Shown: positions 63,421 to 64,000 of the stretch, one piece after another
How positions within the stretch are numbered: position 1 is the first letter of the stretch
Layout: each line of letters starts with the position of its first letter
From: Eledone cirrhosa
Lineage: Eukaryota
NCBI GenBank assembly: GCA_964016885.1
Contig: OZ024746.1
Location: 24,614,001 to 24,678,000, forward strand
Direction of reading: 5' to 3'
Length of the DNA stretch: 64,000 nucleotides
Translations under genes and position numbers: made by a program
Notes under the pieces: model-generated
The model's database searches: none
What the model saw: only the letters and a program-made list of their open reading frames with translations
What the model was told of the DNA's origin: nothing

Positions 63421-64000
63421 AAAGCCCTCGCTGGGTTTCATATTGTAGACAGTGTCCCAGCATAATCGAACCAATGACTAGAACCAAAGAAGGTAATAAA
63501 TGCAAAAACGGCATTGGCTCTGACGCTCAACCGATTTTTCCAATAATACATCTTTTTTTATCAATGTCACTTCAAATGTATTTGGCTGATAAGTGACTTG
63601 GTCTTAGGCAGTGTTGAAACTAAAACAATTACATCGTCAACAAGTCATTTTAGCCATTGAAAAACACAAAAAACAATTAAATTCACTTTACATTTCTAAT
63701 TTATGTCTTACTGTCATAATTGTCATCGCACCCTTTGCGACCTGGTCACAAATAAGTGTGTCAGTGACCAAAAAATAAACGATAAAAGTAAATTAGAGTT
63801 AAACATTTTTGTGTGGAGTATGAAATCCTACTTTTTACACACATACTGTATATATATGATCTATACACATATATAAATGCATATATATGTGTGTGTGCGT
63901 ATGTGTGTATGCGTATGTGTGTATAATAGAGTTTTGTAGCTTGCTTGAAGCATTGTTCCTAGTGTATCTTGTATAATATATCGTGTGAATACCAAATTAT

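Overview
Eukaryotic, AT-rich genomic DNA saturated with microsatellites. The SINE families and repeat landscape suggest an octopus/coleoid cephalopod (inference, not verified by search). One host gene could be reconstructed by eye on the minus strand: a bHLH-PAS transcription factor of the NPAS4/dysfusion family. It has eight phase-consistent GT-AG coding exons from 21126 down to at least 6042; the first coding exon was not located. Its giant low-complexity last exon holds two overlapping long ORFs that are one base out of register (assembly indel, +1 frameshift or stop-restart). The rest of the window is mobile DNA: a microsatellite-targeted Tx1/L1-type LINE lacking its RT core, RTE/CR1/CRE/R4-like fragments, tRNA-derived SINEs, mariner-type MITEs and Helitrons. 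The most notable non-coding signal is a set of short foldback elements in (TA)n tracts carrying type I hammerhead ribozyme motifs (CUGANGA...GAAA...UH). About ten were recognised by eye, some minimal and some with greatly enlarged stem II. One lies sense within an intron of the gene, next to its own antisense arm.
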